A stretch of 32,000 nucleotides of DNA from Candidatus Karelsulcia muelleri. GTDB lineage: Bacteria; Bacteroidota; Bacteroidia; Flavobacteriales; Blattabacteriaceae. The notes under the pieces are model-generated. The model ran no database searches. It worked only from the letters and a program-made list of their open reading frames with translations, and had not been told where the DNA came from. The position numbers were made by a program, and so were the translations under genes. Positions 1 through 9,680 of this stretch are shown one piece after another. The DNA lies in NCBI RefSeq assembly GCF_022985615.1, contig NZ_CP094965.1, positions 124,327-156,326 of the forward strand. Direction: 5' to 3'. How positions within the stretch are numbered: the stretch's first letter is position 1; the number at the start of each line of letters is the position of its first letter.

Positions 1-461
1 ACTATTGAAACTGGTTCTGTAAAAGGGATTTTAGAAATATATAATGCAGAAGAAGCTGCGAGACAGGCTAAAACATCTGGTAATATCTTTTTATCATAAG
101 ATAAAAGAGAAATCATAATTTGAATATCTTTATAGAAGTTTTTGGGAAAAATGGGTCGTAATACACGGTCTATAAGTCTCATCGTCATTATTTCTTCTTC
201 TGTACATCTGCCTTCTCTTTTAAGATATCTCCCCGGAATTTTACCTATCGCTGAATATTTTTCTCTATAATCTATTGTAAGTGGTAGAAAATTTACACCT
301 TCTTTTTCTTCTTTTGAAATTACTACTGTAGCCAATAAAATTGTATTTCCCATTCTGATTATAACTGAACCATTAGCTTGCTTGGCTAATTGGCCAGTTT
401 CAATATTTATATATTTTCCATCATTTAAAAATATTTTTTCTTTTATTAATTTTGTAATCAT
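1..461 (-). CDS. pnp: polynucleotide phosphorylase (PNPase), N-terminal part; 3' end runs off the window
   Basis: Own minus-strand translation from the ATG (complement of 459-461): MITKLIKEKIFLNDGKYINIETGQLAKQANGSVIIRMGNTILLATVV...NFLPLTIDYREKYSAIGKIPGRYLKREGRCTEEEIMTMRLIDRVLRPIFP. This matches the conserved first RNase PH domain of PNPase. It is missing from the ORF track because no stop lies inside the window. Confidence 0.9.
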   Translation of the reverse strand, partial: MITKLIKEKIFLNDGKYINIETGQLAKQANGSVIIRMGNTILLATVVISKEEKEGVNFLPLTIDYREKYSAIGKIPGRYLKREGRCTEEEIMTMRLIDRVLRPIFPKNFYKDIQIMISLLSYDKKILPDVLACLAASSALYISKIPFTEPVSI

Positions 462-463
462 AT

Positions 464-640
464 TTATTTTTTTTTTAGCAATGATTTAATCATTTGTTTT
501 TTTTTAGTAACTTGTTTAATTAAAATTCTATAACTATTATAATCGTGTTGATTTTGTTTTAAATGATTAGTAATTCTTTTTATCTTTTTATTTAAGTATA
601 ATAGTTGTGCTAGATTGGAACCAGTATCTAATTTTTTCAT
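464..640 (-). CDS. rpsO: 30S ribosomal protein S15 (shortened, 58 aa)
   Basis: Own translation: MKKLDTGSNLAQLLYLNKKIKRITNHLKQNQHDYNSYRILIKQVTKKKQMIKSLLKKK*. It aligns with the central core of S15 (DTGS..Q.A.L...I..L..H...H..D.HS.RGL...V..R..LL.YL). The canonical rpsO-pnp order is kept, and the stop lies 2 nt before the pnp ATG. It is below the ORF-track length cut-off. Confidence 0.8.
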   Translation of the reverse strand: MKKLDTGSNLAQLLYLNKKIKRITNHLKQNQHDYNSYRILIKQVTKKKQMIKSLLKKK

Positions 641-683
641 TTATAATATTTTCTTGTATAAGAATATAAGAAATAAATAGAAA

Positions 684-941
684 ATGAAAAAAGGAATACA
701 TCCAAAAAATTATAGAATTGTAGTATTTCAAGATATAGCAAGCAAAAAGAAAATATTTTGTAAATCAACAGTAGAAACTAAAAATGTTATAAAAATTAAA
801 AATAAAGTTTATCCTTTATATAAAATGGAAGTTTCTAGCTTCTCGCATCCAACTTATATTGGTAAACTAAAATATATTAATAAAGCCGGTAGAATAGAAA
901 AGTTTAATTCTAGATATAGCTCCTATCTGAAAAAAAGATAA
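684..941 (+). CDS. rpmE: 50S ribosomal protein L31
   Basis: 85-aa ORF. MKKGIHPKNY start, FSHPTYIG and AGRIEKFNSRY are L31 signatures. Confidence 0.93.
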   Translation: MKKGIHPKNYRIVVFQDIASKKKIFCKSTVETKNVIKIKNKVYPLYKMEVSSFSHPTYIGKLKYINKAGRIEKFNSRYSSYLKKR

Positions 942-945
942 TATG

Positions 946-1950
946 CTAAGGTTTGATCGAAAATTTATCGAATAAATTTCGTTCATATTTTAATTTACCA
1001 ACTAGAGCAATCATAGCTGCATTATCACTTGAAAATTCAAGTTGTGGAAAAAAAGTTTTCCAGTTATTTTCTAGAGATTTTTTGCTAAAAAATTTTTTTA
1101 ATCCAAGATTTGATGAAATTCCTCCAGAAAAAACTATATTTTTTATTCCAGTTTTTTTAACAGTTTGATTTAATTTATCAAATAATATCTCAAAAACAGT
1201 TTCTTGAAAAGAAGCACAGATATCATTAATATTTTGGGAAATAAATTTACTATTTTTTTTAATTTTCTTTTTCAAGAAATATAAAAAATTAGTTTGTAAC
1301 CCACTAAAACTAAAATTTAACTTTTTGGCTTTAGGTTTATTAAAAAAAAAGGTTTTCGAATTCCCTAATTGAGCATATTTATCTATAATTCTCCCTCCTG
1401 GATATTTAAATCCAAGTCTTTTAGCCATATTATCAAAGAGATTTCCTAAAGAAATATCGTTAGAACTACCTAAAATTTTAATTTCTAAAAAATCTTTTAC
1501 TTTTATTATATTAGTATGTCCACCACTTATAGATAAAGAAATAAATGGAAAATTAGGGGGAGTAGAATGTACTCCTTTAATAAAATGAGCTAAAATATGA
1601 GCTTGAATATGATTGACAGAAATTAATGGAATTTGCCAGCACATAGCTAATGATTTTGCAAAAGCACTGCCAACTAATAAAGAACCAATTAAACCTGGGA
1701 AATTAGTAAATGCGATAGCATTAATAGCATTATTTTTAATTTTTGCCTTTAAAATAGCATTATTAACTACAGAAACTATATGCTGAAGATGCAAACTGGC
1801 AGCTAGTTCAGGGACCACACCACCAAATTTTTGATGAATTTTTTGAGTTCTTACAATATTTGATAAAACGGTGTTGTTATTTATAATTGCAGCACAAGTA
1901 TCATCACAAGAAGTATCTATACCTAAAATAATTAAATTCTTTTTTTTCAT
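946..1950 (-). CDS. tsaD: tRNA N6-adenosine threonylcarbamoyltransferase (Kae1/Gcp/TsaD family)
   Basis: 334-aa ORF. It has GIDTSCDDTCAAI at the N-terminus, the HIQAHILAH metal-binding histidines, and GGISSN / SSDNAAMIA near the C-terminus. Confidence 0.93.
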   Translation of the reverse strand: MKKKNLIILGIDTSCDDTCAAIINNNTVLSNIVRTQKIHQKFGGVVPELAASLHLQHIVSVVNNAILKAKIKNNAINAIAFTNFPGLIGSLLVGSAFAKSLAMCWQIPLISVNHIQAHILAHFIKGVHSTPPNFPFISLSISGGHTNIIKVKDFLEIKILGSSNDISLGNLFDNMAKRLGFKYPGGRIIDKYAQLGNSKTFFFNKPKAKKLNFSFSGLQTNFLYFLKKKIKKNSKFISQNINDICASFQETVFEILFDKLNQTVKKTGIKNIVFSGGISSNLGLKKFFSKKSLENNWKTFFPQLEFSSDNAAMIALVGKLKYERNLFDKFSIKP

Positions 1951-1961
1951 GGTAAAAAGAT

Positions 1962-1969
1962 TACTTTTG
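1962..1969 (+). promoter_or_regulatory. candidate Bacteroidota-type -7 promoter element (TAnnTTTG) upstream of rpsL
   Basis: TACTTTTG lies 26 nt upstream of the rpsL ATG, in the 44-bp divergent tsaD/rpsL spacer at the head of a ~15-kb co-directional gene run. No clear -33 TTTG partner is seen, and chance matches are likely in AT-rich DNA. Confidence 0.2.
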
Positions 1970-1994
1970 TACTTAAAGACAGTTCAGTTCTATA

Positions 1995-2369
1995 ATGCCT
2001 ACAATTCAACAATTAATAAAAAAAGGTAGAAAAAAAAGAAAAAATACAAGTAAATCTTTAGCCTTAAATCATTGTCCACAACGTAGAGGAGTATGTCTTA
2101 GAGTATATACAACTACACCAAAAAAACCGAATTCTGCTATGAGAAAAGTTGCAAGAGTACGTCTAAGCAATGGAAAAGAAGTAAACGCTTATATACCTGG
2201 TGAAGGCCATAATCTTCAAGAACATTCAATAGTTTTGATAAGGGGAGGCCGAGTAAAGGATTTACCAGGAGTACGTTATCATATAATTAGAGGAGCTTTG
2301 GACACTTTAGGAGTTAAAGATAGAAAGAAATCCCGTTCAAAATATGGAACAAAAAAGAAAAGTAAATAA
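1995..2369 (+). CDS. rpsL: 30S ribosomal protein S12
   Basis: 124 aa. [12 protein letters not shown]..., [59 protein letters not shown] is near-universal S12 sequence. Confidence 0.97.
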   Translation: MPTIQQLIKKGRKKRKNTSKSLALNHCPQRRGVCLRVYTTTPKKPNSAMRKVARVRLSNGKEVNAYIPGEGHNLQEHSIVLIRGGRVKDLPGVRYHIIRGALDTLGVKDRKKSRSKYGTKKKSK

Positions 2370-2839
2370 TGAGAAAATTAAAAAAAAAAAAAATAATATA
2401 CGAACCAGATCCAAAATTTAAAGAACCATTAGTTACAAGATTTGTGAATCATTTAATGAAACATGGTAAAAAAAAATTAGCCTATAGAATATTTTATAAT
2501 TTTATAGATGAATTAGAAAAGATCAATAATAATAAAAAAGGAATAAAAATTTGGAAAAAAGCTTTAAAAAATGTGACTCCACAAGTCTATATAAGAAGTA
2601 AACGGATAGGAGGGACAAAAATAAATATACCAATTATTCTACCAAAAACCTTACAATTAACTAAAGCTATGAAATTACTTATTAATAGTTCGAAAGAAAG
2701 AAAAGAAAAAGCAATGTATAAGAAATTAGCAGGAGAAACCTTAGCAGCTTACAAAAAAGAAGGAAGAGCAATAAAAAAAAAAGAGAATATGCATAAAATA
2801 GCTGAATCCAATAAAGCCTTTTCACATATAAAATTTTAA
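2369..2839 (+). CDS. rpsG: 30S ribosomal protein S7
   Basis: 156 aa. DPKFKEPLVTRFVNHLMKHGKK and the C-terminal ENMHKIAESNKAFSH(I)KF match S7. The ATGA overlap with rpsL and the str-operon order support the call. Confidence 0.93.
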   Translation: MRKLKKKKIIYEPDPKFKEPLVTRFVNHLMKHGKKKLAYRIFYNFIDELEKINNNKKGIKIWKKALKNVTPQVYIRSKRIGGTKINIPIILPKTLQLTKAMKLLINSSKERKEKAMYKKLAGETLAAYKKEGRAIKKKENMHKIAESNKAFSHIKF

Positions 2840-2869
2840 AAAACATCACATATAAAATTTTAAAAAACA
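2822..2869. repeat. 24-bp perfect tandem duplication (x2) spanning the rpsG stop codon
   Basis: TCACATATAAAATTTTAAAAAACA occurs at 2822-2845 and again at 2846-2869, 24/24 identical. Each copy carries ...SHIKF-TAA. Confidence 0.97.
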
Positions 2870-2876
2870 AAATAAA

Positions 2877-4961
2877 ATGGGAACAAAGTTAAAATATACA
2901 AGAAATATTGGCTTTGCTGCTCATATAGATGCTGGTAAAACCACTACGACAGAAAGAATATTATTCTATACTGGAATAAATCACAAACTTGGAGAAGTTC
3001 ATGAAGGGACTGCTACTATGGATTGGATGGCACAAGAACAAGAGAGAGGAATAACAATAACTTCTGCTGCTACACGTTGTGAATGGAAAAATAATGATAA
3101 GATATATAAAATTAACATTATAGATACACCAGGTCATGTAGATTTTACGGTGGAAGTTGAAAGATCGTTAAGAATATTAGATGGCTTGGTGATTTTATTT
3201 AGTGCAGTGGATGGGGTGGAACCCCAATCAGAAAATATTTGGTTACAAGCTGACAAATATAAAGTACCCAGAATTTGTTTTATTAATAAAATGGATCGTC
3301 AAGGTGCAAGTTTTTTTGAAGTTTGTGATCAAATAGAAAAAGTACTAGATACTAATTGTTTGATCTTACAAATTCCTATAGGGAATGAAGAAAATTTTAA
3401 AGGAATTGTAGATATAATTTCTAATAAAGCCTTTATATGGAATGAAATTGACTTTGGCAGAACCTTAAAAGAAATCCCAATTCCTTCGAATTTAATAAAA
3501 TTGACTGAAGAATATCGTAAAAAAATGATAGAAAGGTTAGCTGAGGGTGATAGTAAACTTTTTGATAAATACTTTGATTCAAAAAACCAAATCACTGAAG
3601 AGGAGATAATAACTACTATAAAAAAACAGACCTTAAAACTGGAAATAACTCCTGTTATTTGTGGTTCAGCTTTCAAAAATAAAGGAATACAATATATTTT
3701 GGATGCAATATGCAGATTTCTGCCCTCACCGATAGAATGTAAAAAGATATACGGTTATAGTGTGAAGGAAAAAAAAAAAAAAAAGATTATTCCAAAGATT
3801 AATAACCCTTTTTCAGCTTTAGCATTTAAAATTTCTTCTGATCCTTTTGTTGGAAAATTGACTTTTTTTAGAGTATATTCAGGAAAAATAAAATCTGGAT
3901 CTTATGTTTTAAACAGTAGAACAAATAAGAAAGAAAGGATTTCAAGAATTTATCAAATGCATGCTAATAAACAAAATCCTATTAATTTAATTAAAACTGG
4001 TGATATTGGTGCAGCAGTAGGGATTAAAAATATTAAAACTGGAGATACTCTATGTGATATTAATAATCCAATTTTTTTAGAAAAGATATTTTTCCCAGAT
4101 ACAGTAATTGGCTTAGCTATTGAACCTAAATACAAATCAGATATAGATAAAATGAGTATGGCACTATCAAAATTAATAGTAGAAGATCCCTCATTACAAA
4201 TTCGTAATGAGAAAACCACTGGACAAACAATAATTTCAGGAATGGGAGAGTTACATTTAGAGATTATTCTTGATAGAATGAAAAGAGAATTTAACGTTGA
4301 AGTTAATAAAGGAAAGCCCCAAGTAGAATATAAAGAAATATTAACTAAAAAAGTTCTTCACAGAGAAATATATAAAAAACAAACTGGTGGAAAAGGTAAA
4401 TATGCTGATATTCTATTTCAGATTGAACCAATAAAAAAAGATTTCCAAGGCTTAAAATTTGTAAACAAAGTAAAAGGAGGAAATATTCCGACAGAATTTA
4501 TTCCTTCAATAGAAAAGGGATTTAAAGAATCTTTAAGAAATGGGCCTTTAGCAGGATACGAAATAGAAAAAGCTAAAATTATTTTACTTGATGGATCATA
4601 TCATACAGTAGATTCCGATCAACTATCTTTTGAGTTAGTTAGTAAAATAGGGTTTAAAAATGCAGCTAAAAAAGCTAATCCATATCTTTTAGAACCTTTT
4701 ATGAAGTTGGAAGTTTTTACTCCTCAAAAATATATGGGTATTATTGTTGGTGATCTTAATCGTAGAAGAGGTGTAATTCAAGGAATGGAAGATAAGCGAA
4801 AAAATGTAAAAATTATTAAAGCAGTAGTTCCACTCTCTGAAATGTTTGGATATGTCACTTCTTTAAGGACTTTATCTTCGGGAAGAGCCACCTCAATAAT
4901 GATGTTTTCTCATTATCAGAAAGCCCCTGAAAGGATTTGTAATAAAATAATATATAAATAA
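2877..4961 (+). CDS. fusA: translation elongation factor G
   Basis: 694 aa. GTPase motifs AHIDAGKTTTTERILFYTG, DTPGHVDF and NKMDR are present, with EF-G domains IV/V (GGKGKYADI, HTVDSDQLSFE). Confidence 0.97.
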   Translation: MGTKLKYTRNIGFAAHIDAGKTTTTERILFYTGINHKLGEVHEGTATMDWMAQEQERGITITSAATRCEWKNNDKIYKINIIDTPGHVDFTVEVERSLRILDGLVILFSAVDGVEPQSENIWLQADKYKVPRICFINKMDRQGASFFEVCDQIEKVLDTNCLILQIPIGNEENFKGIVDIISNKAFIWNEIDFGRTLKEIPIPSNLIKLTEEYRKKMIERLAEGDSKLFDKYFDSKNQITEEEIITTIKKQTLKLEITPVICGSAFKNKGIQYILDAICRFLPSPIECKKIYGYSVKEKKKKKIIPKINNPFSALAFKISSDPFVGKLTFFRVYSGKIKSGSYVLNSRTNKKERISRIYQMHANKQNPINLIKTGDIGAAVGIKNIKTGDTLCDINNPIFLEKIFFPDTVIGLAIEPKYKSDIDKMSMALSKLIVEDPSLQIRNEKTTGQTIISGMGELHLEIILDRMKREFNVEVNKGKPQVEYKEILTKKVLHREIYKKQTGGKGKYADILFQIEPIKKDFQGLKFVNKVKGGNIPTEFIPSIEKGFKESLRNGPLAGYEIEKAKIILLDGSYHTVDSDQLSFELVSKIGFKNAAKKANPYLLEPFMKLEVFTPQKYMGIIVGDLNRRRGVIQGMEDKRKNVKIIKAVVPLSEMFGYVTSLRTLSSGRATSIMMFSHYQKAPERICNKIIYK

Positions 4962-4963
4962 AT

Positions 4964-5257
4964 ATGTTAAATTATAAAATTAAAATAAAAGCATTTGACG
5001 GCTATATATTAAACCTATCAGTAATAAAAATTATTAATTACATTTCAAAGCAGAATATAAAAGTTATTGGACCAATTACCTTACCAACTAAAAAAAAAAT
5101 ATATACCATTTTAAGATCTCCTCATGTACATAAAAAATCAAGAGAACAATTTAAATTGTTCATCCATAAAAGATTTTTAGTGGTATATAATGTAAAAAAG
5201 ATTTTAAAACCAATTGATCTCCCTAGTGGAGTAAAATTAGAAATAAAAAAATGTTAG
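4964..5257 (+). CDS. rpsJ: 30S ribosomal protein S10
   Basis: 97 aa. IKIKAFD..., [31 protein letters not shown] is S10-like, and this is the first gene of the S10 block. Confidence 0.93.
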   Translation: MLNYKIKIKAFDGYILNLSVIKIINYISKQNIKVIGPITLPTKKKIYTILRSPHVHKKSREQFKLFIHKRFLVVYNVKKILKPIDLPSGVKLEIKKC

Positions 5258-5898
5258 GACTAATTGGAAAGAAGATAGGTATGACTAGTTATTTTAATAA
5301 ATTAGGTTACTGTATACCCTGTACAGTAATAAAAGCTGGACCTTGTACAGTATTACAAAAAAAAAGTATAAAAAAAGATGGCTATTATTCTATTCAACTA
5401 GGGTTTGAAGATAAAAAAAAGAAAAAAACTAATAAACCTTTATTAGGCCATTTTAAGAAATTTAACTCCTCTCCGAAAAAAAGAATATTTGAATTTGCAG
5501 GTAATTTTTTAAATTCTCCAGGAGATATAATAAAAGTAGATTTATTTAAAGAAAATGATAAAGTAGACATAGTAGGAAAATCGAAAGGTAAAGGATTTCA
5601 AGGGGTTGTAAAGCGTCACGGTTTTTCAGGAGTGGGTGAAAAAACACATGGTCAACATAATCGTTCTCGTGCACCTGGTTCAATTGGTGCAGGTTCCAAT
5701 CCATCAAGAGTGTTCAAAGGGACCCGAATGGCTGGAAGAATGGGTGGAAAAAGAAGAACGATAAAAAATTTAAAGATTTTAAAAATAGATTTTAAAAGAA
5801 ATTTATTAATAGTAAAAGGTTCAGTACCCGGTCACCAAAATTCTTATTTATTAATAAAAATAAAATTGGATAAAAATGATAATAGAAATTTTAAATAA
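5251..5898 (+). CDS. rplC: 50S ribosomal protein L3
   Basis: 215 aa. [10 protein letters not shown]..., [31 protein letters not shown] and RMAGRMG match L3. Confidence 0.94.
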   Translation: MLGLIGKKIGMTSYFNKLGYCIPCTVIKAGPCTVLQKKSIKKDGYYSIQLGFEDKKKKKTNKPLLGHFKKFNSSPKKRIFEFAGNFLNSPGDIIKVDLFKENDKVDIVGKSKGKGFQGVVKRHGFSGVGEKTHGQHNRSRAPGSIGAGSNPSRVFKGTRMAGRMGGKRRTIKNLKILKIDFKRNLLIVKGSVPGHQNSYLLIKIKLDKNDNRNFK

Positions 5899-6523
5899 AA
5901 AGGGTTTAAAAACTGGTAGAAAAATAAAATTTAATTATAATTTTCTTTACAATAATATTAATATAAAAACTAAAAAACATCTAATTTATTTAGAAATTAA
6001 AAGATTTTTAGCTGCACAAAGACAAGGTAGTCATCAAACTAAAGGAAGGAGTCAGATTCAAGGAAGTAATAAAAAAATTCAGAAACAAAAAGGAAGTGGT
6101 AATGCTAGAAAAGGTGATAGAAAAAATCCTTTATTTGTTGGTGGGGGGAGAATTTTCGGTCCAGTTAAAAGAAAGTATAATTTAAAATTAAATAAAAAGA
6201 TAAAAAAGCTGGCTATAAAAATTTTATTTTATGAAAAATTTATAAATAAAAAAATTAAAATTATTGCATCTTTTCCATTAAAAGAAATTTCAACAAAGAA
6301 AATAATAAAGCTGTTAAAAGTATTAAATATATTTAAAAAAAAAATATTATTTATTACTAATAAAAGAGAGAAAAAGCTCTATTTTTCTTCTAGAAACTTG
6401 AAAAATGTAAAAATTATAAATATAATAAATGGAATAAACAGTTATGATATAGCAAAAGCTTATTACTTGATAATTAAAGAAAATTCAATAAAATATTTAG
6501 AAAATATGTTAAATAAGAGCTAA
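5876..6523 (+). CDS. rplD: 50S ribosomal protein L4
   Basis: 215 aa. [11 protein letters not shown]...[12 protein letters not shown]...[12 protein letters not shown] is the L4 core, and the position in the operon fits. Confidence 0.9.
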   Translation: MIIEILNKKGLKTGRKIKFNYNFLYNNINIKTKKHLIYLEIKRFLAAQRQGSHQTKGRSQIQGSNKKIQKQKGSGNARKGDRKNPLFVGGGRIFGPVKRKYNLKLNKKIKKLAIKILFYEKFINKKIKIIASFPLKEISTKKIIKLLKVLNIFKKKILFITNKREKKLYFSSRNLKNVKIINIINGINSYDIAKAYYLIIKENSIKYLENMLNKS

Positions 6524-6528
6524 AAAAG

Positions 6529-6846
6529 GTGAGTGAAAAGAGAATAAAATTCCTCTTTTATAAAGAGTATATAAATAAAAACTTAAGTAAAAAAATAAAA
6601 CCAATTATAACTGAAAAAGCTATATTTACCAATATATCAAATAATTATTATACTTTTATTTTTCCTATTTATTTTAATAAAAAGGAAATTTCAAAATATC
6701 TACAGAGAGTTTATAGAATTAAGATAACCAAGTTACATACTAATATTTATTATAAAAAAAAGAGTAATAAAAGAATATTGAAAAAAACTTTTTCAGGAAA
6801 AAACATAAAATTTAAAAAGGCTTTTTTTAAAGTAAAAGATTTTTAA
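6529..6846 (+). CDS. rplW: 50S ribosomal protein L23 (GTG start)
   Basis: 105 aa. IKPIITEKAIF...NYYTFIF...NKKEISKYLQRVYRIKI...FKKAFFKV follows the L23 pattern, and the gene sits between rplD and rplB. Confidence 0.85.
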   Translation: MSEKRIKFLFYKEYINKNLSKKIKPIITEKAIFTNISNNYYTFIFPIYFNKKEISKYLQRVYRIKITKLHTNIYYKKKSNKRILKKTFSGKNIKFKKAFFKVKDF

Positions 6847-6847
6847 A

Positions 6848-7675
6848 ATGCCAATTAAGAGAAAAAACCCCATTACGCCAAGTCAAAGGTTTCAGATATT
6901 AAATAAATTTTCTGAAATAACTAAAACAAAACCAGAGAAATCTCTGGTTTTTGGGCTTTCAAAAAAAGGAGGAAGAAATAATACTGGAAAAATTACGATG
7001 AAATATATCGGAGGAGGACATAAAAAAAAATATAGAATAATAGATTTTAAAAGAAAAAAAAGGGGAATTCCTGCTATAGTTAAATCTATAGAATATGACC
7101 CAAATAGATCTTGTTTTATTTCACTTTTACATTATATAGATGGTGAAAAAAAGTATATTTTATCTATTAAAGGACTTACAGTTGGACAAAAAATATTATC
7201 TGATGAAATTACAGAACCAAAAATAGGAAATGCAATGTTATTAAAAAATATCCCTTTAGGAAGTATTATTTGCTGTATTGAATTGTACCCTAATTGTGGT
7301 GCTGCATTAGCTCGTAGTGCTGGAACATCGGTACAATTAATTGCGAAAAAAGAAAAATATTGTACTTTGAAATTACCATCAGGTGAAACCCGAATGGTAT
7401 TATCTAATTGTCTGGCAACTATTGGTTCAGTATCAAATCAAGATCATAAATTAGTAATTTCAGGAAAAGCTGGAAGAAACCGTAGGTTAGGAAGAAGACC
7501 TCGAACAAGAGGAGTAGCTATGAATCCAGTTGATCACCCAATGGGTGGTGGTGAAGGAAAAGCCTCAGGAGGCCATCCAAGAAATCGAAATGGAATTCCT
7601 TCACATGGTTTTAAAACACGTAAGAAAAACAAAAAATCCAATAAATATATTATAATAAAAAAAAAAAATAAGTAG
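6848..7675 (+). CDS. rplB: 50S ribosomal protein L2
   Basis: 275 aa. [44 protein letters not shown] and [16 protein letters not shown] match L2. Confidence 0.96.
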   Translation: MPIKRKNPITPSQRFQILNKFSEITKTKPEKSLVFGLSKKGGRNNTGKITMKYIGGGHKKKYRIIDFKRKKRGIPAIVKSIEYDPNRSCFISLLHYIDGEKKYILSIKGLTVGQKILSDEITEPKIGNAMLLKNIPLGSIICCIELYPNCGAALARSAGTSVQLIAKKEKYCTLKLPSGETRMVLSNCLATIGSVSNQDHKLVISGKAGRNRRLGRRPRTRGVAMNPVDHPMGGGEGKASGGHPRNRNGIPSHGFKTRKKNKKSNKYIIIKKKNK

Positions 7676-7683
7676 TAATAATT

Positions 7684-7974
7684 ATGCCACGTTCATTGAA
7701 AAAAGGGCCATTTATTAATTACAAATTGATTAAAAAAATAGTAATTAATAATAGATTAAAAACAAAGAAAATAATAAAAACTTGGTCAAGAGCTTCAACA
7801 ATAACTCCAGAATTTATAGGAAATTCAATTGCAGTTCATAATGGGAAAAAATTCATGACAATTTATATTTCAGAAAATATGGTAGGACATAAATTAGGAG
7901 AATTTTCTCCTACTCGAAATTTTCGTAGTCATTCTGGAGCTAAAAAAATAAAGCCTACTCGAAATAAAAAGTAA
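7684..7974 (+). CDS. rpsS: 30S ribosomal protein S19
   Basis: 96 aa. [11 protein letters not shown]..., [25 protein letters not shown] and [16 protein letters not shown] match S19. Confidence 0.95.
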   Translation: MPRSLKKGPFINYKLIKKIVINNRLKTKKIIKTWSRASTITPEFIGNSIAVHNGKKFMTIYISENMVGHKLGEFSPTRNFRSHSGAKKIKPTRNKK

Positions 7975-8309
7975 TGTTTAAAAACAAAAAATTAGATTTC
8001 TATTATAAATCTAATAATATTAATTATTCAAAAATTAAGCTGATAAAATTAATTAATATTATTAAGTCGAAAAATATTGAAGATATAATGAATTTATTGA
8101 TAAATTTTAAAACAAAAGGAGCAATACTTTTAAAAGAGATAATTTTGAATGCTTATAAGAATTTTAGGAGACAATCCCCCAAAAAAAATGTATATATAAA
8201 AAACATTATAATTAACAAAAGCCGAATTTTTAAAAAAATTAGGCCAACTTCACAGGGTAGAGCTAAGAAAATAAAAAAACAATTTTTTAAAATGATTTTG
8301 ATTTTTTAA
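7974..8309 (+). CDS. rplV: 50S ribosomal protein L22 (divergent)
   Basis: 111 aa. The position between rpsS and rpsC fits, and KKIRPTSQGRAKKIKK corresponds to the L22 R(A)MGRA..I.KR motif. The C-terminus and stop lie inside a 19-bp tandem duplication. Confidence 0.85.
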   Translation: MFKNKKLDFYYKSNNINYSKIKLIKLINIIKSKNIEDIMNLLINFKTKGAILLKEIILNAYKNFRRQSPKKNVYIKNIIINKSRIFKKIRPTSQGRAKKIKKQFFKMILIF

Positions 8310-8320
8310 AATGATTTTGA
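8283..8320. repeat. 19-bp perfect tandem duplication (x2) spanning the rplV stop codon
   Basis: TTTTTTAAAATGATTTTGA occurs at 8283-8301 and 8302-8320, 19/19 identical. Confidence 0.97.
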
Positions 8321-8345
8321 TACTTTACCAGGAAAAAAAGAAAAA

Positions 8346-9044
8346 ATGGGACAAAAGGTAAATCCGATAGCCAATCGGCTAGGAATCTCAACTTGCTGGA
8401 AATCAATATGGTATAGTGAAAAGTTTAATCAGCTGAAAGAAGATTTAGAAATACGAAAATATCTAAATATTAGATTAGCAAAATCTTATTTATCATACAT
8501 ATATATAGAACGAAAAAAGTATAAAATTTTTATTACAATTTACTCTTCAAGACCTGTAATAATTATTGGAAAAGGCGGTAATGAAATAGAAAAATTAAAA
8601 AAAGAAATTAATAAAATTACTAAGAAAAAAATAAATATTAATATACTAGAAGTAAAGATCCCAGAAATAGAAGCTCTCTTGATTGCAAGAAACCTTGCAA
8701 ATCAAATTGAAAATCGTCTACCATATAAAAAAGCTATAAAATTCGCAATAAATTCTGCATTACGTAAAAAGGTAGAAGGGATCAAAATTAAAATTTCTGG
8801 TCGTTTAAATGGAACTGAAATGGCACGTACGGAATTTTATAAAGAAGGAAGAATTCCTTTTTCGACTTTTAGAGCTAACATAGATTATTCAACTTATGAA
8901 GCTCATACTACTTATGGGAAAATAGGGATAAAAGTATGGCTTATGAAAGGAGTAGTATATAATAAAAAAGAATTATATCTCTATCTCTTAAGACCTAAAA
9001 AGAAAAAAAAAACAAGTACTTATGCTAAAGCCAAAAATAAATAA
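8346..9044 (+). CDS. rpsC: 30S ribosomal protein S3
   Basis: 232 aa. [18 protein letters not shown], the KH domain ([17 protein letters not shown]) and [22 protein letters not shown] match S3. Confidence 0.95.
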   Translation: MGQKVNPIANRLGISTCWKSIWYSEKFNQLKEDLEIRKYLNIRLAKSYLSYIYIERKKYKIFITIYSSRPVIIIGKGGNEIEKLKKEINKITKKKININILEVKIPEIEALLIARNLANQIENRLPYKKAIKFAINSALRKKVEGIKIKISGRLNGTEMARTEFYKEGRIPFSTFRANIDYSTYEAHTTYGKIGIKVWLMKGVVYNKKELYLYLLRPKKKKKTSTYAKAKNK

Positions 9045-9429
9045 ATTTGATAAACTCCATAAAGGCCGAATAAAAGGATATGCTAAAAAAGGTACAAAAC
9101 TTCACTTTGGGATATTTGGACTAAAAACTTTAGATACAGCTTGGCTTTCAGATAGACAAATAGAAGCAGCACGTATAGCAGCTACACGACATATGAAAAG
9201 ACAAGGAAAATTATGGATCAATATTTTTCCTAATAAGCCTATTACAAAAAAACCTCAAGAAGTTAGAATGGGTAAAGGAAAAGGGGCTATAGACCATTGG
9301 GTGGCTGTGGTAAAACCTGGGAGAATATTAATAGAAATCGATGGAGTAAATTTGGAAATAGGAAAAGAAGCTTTAAGATTAGCTGCTAATAAATTGCCAA
9401 TAAGAACAAAATTAATTTTAAAAGGATGA
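9022..9429 (+). CDS. rplP: 50S ribosomal protein L16
   Basis: 135 aa. [67 protein letters not shown] matches L16. Confidence 0.95.
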   Translation: MLKPKINKFDKLHKGRIKGYAKKGTKLHFGIFGLKTLDTAWLSDRQIEAARIAATRHMKRQGKLWINIFPNKPITKKPQEVRMGKGKGAIDHWVAVVKPGRILIEIDGVNLEIGKEALRLAANKLPIRTKLILKG

Positions 9430-9665
9430 GGAAAAAAAAAAGAATTGGTATAATATTAAGTGATAAAATGAATAAAACAAGAGTAGTAGGTGAAGTAGTA
9501 AAAAGAAAACATAAGATTTATAAAAAGAATATTTATTATACCAGAAAATATTTTGTTCACGATGAAAAAAATAAATCCAATAAAGGGAATACAGTAGAAA
9601 TAATTTTTACACGACCATTAAGTAAGAAGAAACGTTGGAATTTATTTAAAATAATAAAATGTTAA
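9426..9665 (+). CDS. rpsQ: 30S ribosomal protein S17
   Basis: 79 aa. [15 protein letters not shown].....H.IYKK.I....KY.VHDE.N....G..V.I...RPLSK.KRW is the S17 pattern. It overlaps the rplP stop through ATGA. Confidence 0.88.
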   Translation: MRKKKRIGIILSDKMNKTRVVGEVVKRKHKIYKKNIYYTRKYFVHDEKNKSNKGNTVEIIFTRPLSKKKRWNLFKIIKC

Positions 9666-9680
9666 TGTTAAGAATCAAAT

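Noticed and set aside
953-1168. 71-aa plus-strand ORF inside tsaD
   Set aside because: It lies entirely antisense to a strongly conserved tsaD ORF, has a low-complexity sequence, and shows no recognisable family.
2682-2870. 62-aa minus-strand ORF over the rpsG 3' end
   Set aside because: It is antisense to rpsG. Its repetitive N-terminus (MFFKILYV x2) is just the reverse reading of the 24-bp duplication.
3329-4219. Two minus-strand ORFs (115 and 88 aa) inside fusA
   Set aside because: They are antisense to a highly conserved EF-G gene, which is typical of stop-poor antisense frames, and show no homology signal.
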